Shown one piece after another: positions 58,701 to 64,000 of a DNA stretch of 64,000 nucleotides. Source of the stretch: Macrostomum lignano (taxonomy: Eukaryota); contig NIVC01002447.1 in NCBI GenBank assembly GCA_002269645.1, forward strand, positions 1 through 64,000, read 5' to 3'. Within the stretch, counting starts at the first letter, position 1, and each line of letters opens with the position of its first letter. The notes under the pieces are model-generated. The model saw nothing but the letters and a program-made list of their open reading frames with translations, made no database searches and had not been told where the DNA came from. Both the position numbers and the translations under genes were made by a program.

Positions 58701-58704
58701 CTGA
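52782..58704 (+). CDS. RMND5: RMND5/GID2 CTLH-complex RING E3 ligase subunit; exons 52782-52929, 55469-55686, 55902-56312, 56888-57242, 58642-58704; two apparent 1-bp losses (~56938, ~58690)
   Basis: HRELHAPLSKMGKLIDKSF; LisH [92 protein letters not shown]; |FKCPYCPME. Adding one base at ~58690 gives the family-typical end IYF* (TGA 58702-04). As written, the frame ends at 58720. Confidence 0.93.
53318..54344. mobile_element. Non-autonomous hAT-like element in RMND5 intron 1
   Basis: Ends taggggttgcaaaatccc..gggtttgtgacctcta; flanking duplication (a)cctgtgc on both sides; subterminal aatccc/gggat repeats at both ends. Confidence 0.65.
55720..55872. repeat. ~25-bp degenerate repeat (ggattatctctgagttaagcatgac) in RMND5 intron 2
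   Basis: About 6 units. Confidence 0.85.
56545..56882. repeat. 28-bp minisatellite (agagttcgaatccccaaaccacagtccc), ~12 units, ending at the intron 3 acceptor
   Basis: Period 28 (56641, 56669); each unit carries GTTCGAATCC. Confidence 0.95.
57245..58610. repeat. G/T-rich degenerate ~20-24-bp repeat (gtgtgggatttgggga..) filling RMND5 intron 4
   Basis: Direct; starts at the donor and explains the CVGF/WDLG ORFs. Confidence 0.95.
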
Positions 58705-60098
58705 CAGCCCTGTGCGGTGACAATGAAGACGATGGTTGCCGCGTCTGTCAAATCTGATCGGCCCTCGGATCTGCCTGGGGTCCGCAGCCTCAACCTGCCT
58801 CCGGTCTGTCGTCAGCACCTGCAGTGGGTTTTTTGTGTGACCCTAAGTCGGTGTAGAATTTCATCTGGCGTTTGTTTTTGTTTTTATCAGTTTTTTATTA
58901 ATCAACAATTTAAATTGGTGCGCTTGCTATCCAGAAACATTTTTAATTTGTTTTACTTGTCAAATATATCTTAAATTTTTTTAGCTGAGAGTAAAATTGA
59001 TGATTGGAAAATTCACTAAAATCTCTTACTGATACTTAGCCCACTGTCAGTAGTGTGATTAGCGCACTCAATTATTATAATAGAAGCTATTGGTATAAAA
59101 GTACAAATGAATGATTAATTATTAAGCACGTATATTATATTTCCCAACCAGTCTGCATTGCCTCTGTCTGTCTGTCACCTGAGCTGCATTGAATAATAAA
59201 CTGGCACACCGTATGGACTTGATTTCCTTTGTACATACTCATTTTAATCATTGTTGTTGACAAAATATTCAATGAAAATTGTACTCGCTCCGTTCTTATC
59301 AGCTGATCCAGGGTTCGGCATACGCAGCCCGCTAAGCCTCTATCCAGCCCTCGGGTTCCTTTGAAACTTCACAATAGCAATCCGGCCCGCTCAGGGTTTG
59401 CCTTTTCTCAGCTCTCTGCTCTCCCCTTCTCATCGCTCCTCTCCCATCTTCTCTCTTCTCACCTCACCTCTTCTCTTTCCCCTTCTCACCTCTCCTTTTC
59501 TCTCTTTGCCCTACTCACCCCTCTCTCCTCTTCTTTCTCCTTCACACCCCTCTATTCTCCCTCCTTTCCTCTCCTCTCCTATCTCTCGGCTCTCCCCTCT
59601 CGATCCTCTCTCTCTCTCTCTCCTTTCTGTGGTGTCTCAACAGACTAACACAGGAAACACGAGTACGTGGCAGGTAAGACTTTTTGCCGGAAAAAAAGTG
59701 CGAGCTCCACTTAGGGCAACCCGCGCTTATATTTGTTATTTAGCAGTAAATTGTTACACGATCGATAAATTCAACCGCCATAATGTCACGTGATTAAAAA
59801 TACGTTTCACAATACAATATACGAATAATTTATTAACTGCACTACTTAAAGTAGAGTAGTAAGAAAAGGTTAGTTAGACGAACGGCCCTTTTACGGGCTC
59901 CTAGTCACGACACAACACTTTCTCCTCTCCTCTCGATCCTCTTTCCCATCTCTCGGCTGTCCTCTCTCATCAGTCATCTATTCTCAGGCCATTTCTTTCT
60001 CATTTGGCCGGCAGCAAAGGGCAAAAGTTGGCCAACCCCCAAGAAGTAGAGATAAGCTCACTGTATGGTAGCTGGGAAATTCCGAACTGAACCGTTTC

Positions 60099-63000
60099 TT
60101 AGTGTAATTCAATTTTCCACCGGAGCCAGGGCAAGAGGGGGGCTTTACGGTATTTGCACTTTGTGATGCTCGGTTGGTGGCAAATGGAAATTTTTTGGCG
60201 CCAGTTCAATTCGTTGAAAGAATTTGCTTCACTCCGTCTGCTACTGCTTGCGGGAGCTCTGCTGCTACCGTCTGCTTGCACTGGCTTTTTTGTTGCCTGT
60301 CTGATGCTGTAGGGCTGCCGGACCGCATCTGGGGTTTCTAAGAGAGCCGATTGCAACTCGCTTGCTGACTGCTTTGCCCTGTGTCTGTATGTGTCTGAAC
60401 ATGTCTGCCTGTGTCTGTCTGTCTGTACATGTCTGTCTGAACATGTCTGCCTGTGTCTGTCTGTCTGTACATGTCTGTCTGAACATGTCTGCCTGTGTCT
60501 GTCTGCCTGTACATGTCTGTCTGAACATGTCTGCCTGTGTCTGTCTGCCTGTACATGTCTGTCTGAACATGTCTGCCTGTGTCTGTCTGCCTGTACATGT
60601 CTGTCTGAACATGTCTGCCTGTACATGTCTGTCTGAACATGTCTGCCTGTGTCTGTCTGCCTGTACATGTCTGTCTGAACATGTCTACCTGTACATGTCT
60701 GTCTGAACATGTCTGCCTGTAAATGTCTGTCTGAACATGTCTGCCTGTACATGTCTGTCTGAACATGTCTACCTGTGTCTGTCTGAACATGTCTGCCTGT
60801 ACATGTCTGTCTGAACATGTCTACCTGTGTCTGTCTGCCTGTATATGTCTGTCTGAACATGTCTACCTGTGTCTGTCTGCCTGTACATGTCTGTCTGAAC
60901 ATGTCTGCCCGTGCCTGTCTGTCTGTCTACATGTCTGTCTGCCTGTACATGTCTGTCTGAACATGTCTACCTGTGTCTGTCTGAACATGTCTGCCTGTGT
61001 CTGTCTGTCTGTCTACATGTTTGTCTGCCTCTGTCTATCTCTCTGCCTATTCATCATACTTGTATTTTATGTCTATATCTCTATCTATCCAATCTTTACA
61101 CCAGTCTGCTCCGTGCCCCCACAGCCGAATCTCCATGGCGTGCACCGGCAGACCCCCTCCCTCTGAGATATCCGGTGTCGCCGCAGGCAATAATTATTAC
61201 TCTGGCACTTTTCCCTCCCCTGCCGTCCCAGGAGATCGGATTCCGAGCTGCTCACTCGGGATGTCTCAGCTCGCAGATTGAATCATGCAGCCCACAGGAT
61301 CGCCCAGCACCTTTGTGCGGATTCCCAGCGTGTACTCGAATAATAAATAACAGGCATGAATGCAAATATTTTATCCGAACAGAAAATCTCTGCAGACAAC
61401 AAGAGGCAAGCGCGCATGTCTCTATTCTGCAGCGGCTTCTTTTGATCGAGTGTGCCCACGAATAAATGCAGCCCAACATGCGCTGCAGGACAAATATTGG
61501 CTCACTGTTAAGGCTTAATGCTGTAGTGAAATTTTGAATTTTTGTTACAGTCAGGGCCTCAGCTAGTCGAGTGTCTTGAGAGGCAGCAGTGTAAATTAAA
61601 TACTTCCCAGCACCTAATTTTAGTCTGGCTTGAGTTGAATGGAGATTGGAATACTCGGTGCTTGGATGTTTACTGGGCGCCAATGTCTAATTCTAGATCA
61701 CTTTAGGTAGCGCCATGTCTAGTAAATTAATAAAGATGGCGCCAATGTCTAGTTGGTAACTAGATAGCGCCAATGTCTTCTAGATGACTATAGATAGCGC
61801 CAATGTCTTCTAGATAACTATAGATAGGGTCAATGTCTTCTAGATAACTATAGATAGGGTCAATGTCTTCTAGATGACTATAGATAGCGCCAATGTCTTC
61901 TAGATGACTATAGATAGCGCCAATGTCTTCTAGATAACTATAGATACCAATGTCTTCTAGTCTAGATGACTATAGATAGCGTAAATGTCTTCTAGATGAC
62001 TATAGATAGGGTCAATGTCTTCTAGATGACTATAGATACCAATGTCTTCTAGTCTAGATGACTATAGATAGCGTAAATGTCTTCTAGATGACTATAGATA
62101 GCGTCAATGTCTTCTAGATGACTACTATAGATAGCGCCAATGTCTTCTAGATGGCTATAGATAGCGCCAATGTCTTCTAGATGACTATAGATACCAATGT
62201 CTTCTAGTCTAGATGACTATAGATAGCGTAAATGTCTTCTAGATGACTATAGATAGCGTCAATGTCTTCTAGATGACTACTATAGATAGCGCCAATGTCT
62301 TCTAGATGGCTATAGATAGCGCCAATGTCTTCTAGATGACTATAGATACCAATGTCTTCTAGTCTAGATGACTATAGATAGCGTAAATGTCTTCTAGATG
62401 ACTATAGATAGCGTCAATGTCTTCTAGATGACTGTAGATACCAATGTCTTCTAGTCTAGATGACTATAGATAGCGTAAATGTCTTCTAGATGACTATAGA
62501 TAGCGTCAATGTCTTCTAGATGACTACTATAGATAGCGTCAATGTCTTCTAGATGACTATAGATAGCGTAAATGTCTTCTAGATGACTATAGATAGCGTC
62601 AATGTCTTCTAGATGACTACTATAGATAGCGCCAATGTCTTCTAGATGGCTATAGATAGCGTAAATGTCTTCTAGATGACTATAGATAGCGTCAATGTCT
62701 TCTAGATGACTATAGATAGCGTAAATGTCTTCTAGATGACTATAGATAGCGTAAATGTCTTCTAGATGACTATAGATAGCGTCAATGTCTTCTAGATGAC
62801 TACTATATATAGCGCCAATGTCTTCTAGATGGCTATAGATAGCGCCAATGTCTTCTAGATGACTACACTATAGGTGGCTCCAATGTCTATTAGATAGCTT
62901 TAGATGACGCTAATATCTAGGTGTGAAGTGGGCGCCATGCCAGTGTCTAATAGCGCTATTCTCTGGCCCCAAACGCAAGGCGGAGCTGTAAAAGCCGTCT

Positions 63001-63945
63001 ATTTGTAACGCTTTAGAATTTATTAGGCCAGTGAAAACTGCCAAAGCGAACATGCAAATGTATGCGAGCGCATGCAGGCTGACTGCAAGCATTGCGTAGA
63101 TCGATGAGATTTTTGTAATAATAATTAATAATATTATTATTGCAAATTACACAGACTGGCCATTGCACTCAGATGAAATCCGAAACTACAGTGTTGCTAT
63201 GCAATGTCACGACCAAATTCATGTCTGCTTCATCTGCATATCCAAAGTTTCATAACTTGACGAAATTCTGAAATCAAGGGCAAATTAGCAGTCATTCCAG
63301 TTCAGGCGCACCCGCAGCTCACCCAGGGTGTACAGCGGCCCCGACTTTCTCATAGTCAGGCGTTTACACTCTCTGTGACTTCGGGGTGACACAGGTTGCG
63401 TAGCATCTGACACAGATTGCATAGCATCTGACACAGATTGCATAGCATCTGACACAGATTGCATAGCATCTGACACAGATTGCATAGCATCTGACACAGA
63501 TTGCATAGCATCTGACACAGATTGCATAGCATCTGACACAGATTGCATAGCATCTGACACAGATTGCATAGCATCTGACACAGATTGCATAGCATCTGAC
63601 ACAGATTGCATAGCATCTGACACAGATCGCATAGCATCTGACACAGCATAAGACACAAATATAGCCAGAATCTGACGCAGAATCAAATGTGGCTGATGCA
63701 GCAGTTTCCCAAATCGATCTTCTGGCACCGTTTGACTCCCAAGCGTTCGCCCCTACCAACTGAGCAAAGCGAATTTCCCAAAAAGAAACTTTTATTTACA
63801 AACGGGGGAATTTTCTAATTAACCGCGGAGCTTCCGCATCCGTCTCCGCTCATCTCCGACTCATTAGCAGACTCAATGAAGCAGCGGGAGGCTGGGTCCG
63901 GGCACTTCTTCATCTCGCACAGCTCTGGGCCCAGGCCGGGTCTGA
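60099..63945 (-). CDS. Probable exons of an unidentified multi-exon gene entering from the right edge
   Basis: CAG acceptor at 60379-81, followed by an open frame AKQSASELQSALLETPDAVRQPYSIRQ..* (stop at 60099). There are GC3-rich coding-like blocks near 61080-61330, 63300-63390, 63660-63760 and 63830-63945 (PGLGPELCEMKKCPDPASRCFIES), separated by minisatellites. I could not assemble a consistent model. Confidence 0.35.
60382..61045. repeat. (GTCT)-derived composite minisatellite built from 14-bp and 10-bp modules (gtctgtctgaacat / gtctgcctgtacat / gtctgcctgt)
   Basis: Direct; explains the QTCTGRH/SEHVC ORFs. Confidence 0.95.
61730..62870. repeat. 30-bp minisatellite (ctagatgactatagatagcgccaatgtctt), ~37 units
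   Basis: Direct, with small indel variants. Confidence 0.96.
63400..63648. repeat. 21-bp minisatellite (gcatagcatctgacacagatt), ~12 units
   Basis: Direct; explains the SVSDAMQ/CQMLCNL ORFs. Confidence 0.97.
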
Positions 63946-64000
63946 GGAGACCCAGAGTTTAATGAATAAGTGAGGGAATTCAGTGAGCCGGGAGATGAGA

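Noticed and set aside
59640-59904. Hairpin gccc..gggc followed by CTAG-T, like a Helitron 3' end
   Set aside because: The stem is only 4 bp with a 2-nt spacer, and no 5' TC end was identified.
9340-63648. Regular 20-41-bp repeats as possible CRISPR arrays
   Set aside because: Units are directly adjacent with no unique spacers; there are no cas genes, and the context is eukaryotic.
27567-63759. Many long repetitive ORFs in the track (WDILV, YLIYSHP, THSL, GIRTLGLWF, CVGF, QTCTGRH, SVSDAMQ)
   Set aside because: They are stop-free translations of tandem repeats, open in several frames and both strands, and most lie in introns.

Overview
This is eukaryotic (metazoan) genomic DNA. It has spliced genes with GT-AG introns, GC-rich internal exons, and introns packed with micro- and minisatellites. 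The style is reminiscent of the flatworm Macrostomum, but that is an inference, not provable here. From left to right: (1) the 3' part of an ankyrin-repeat gene (-); (2) a complete 5-exon carboxypeptidase Q gene (+); (3) a secreted fibrinogen-domain protein (-); (4) a deleted piggyBac relic; (5) an orphan ORF (-) head-to-head with a small secreted protein gene (+, 139 aa) whose start codon is split by an intron, whose mature part resembles bacterial polymorphic-toxin C-terminal domains, and which a local duplication/deletion has rearranged; (6) a PhyH-family 2OG-Fe(II) dioxygenase (-); (7) two tandem copies of a 6-exon PRDM10-like PR/SET + C2H2 zinc-finger gene (-); (8) a Penelope-like retroelement relic with decayed minimal hammerhead ribozymes; (9) a ~175-bp palindrome; (10) a 5-exon RMND5/GID2 gene (+); (11) probable exons of an unidentified minus-strand gene at the right end. 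Five copies of a tRNA-headed CORE-type SINE and several MITEs are present. Four conserved reading frames are broken by single-base losses in G/C runs, which suggests consensus errors. No rRNA, intact tRNA or CRISPR array was found. Protein-family calls come from motif recognition and memory, not from database searches.
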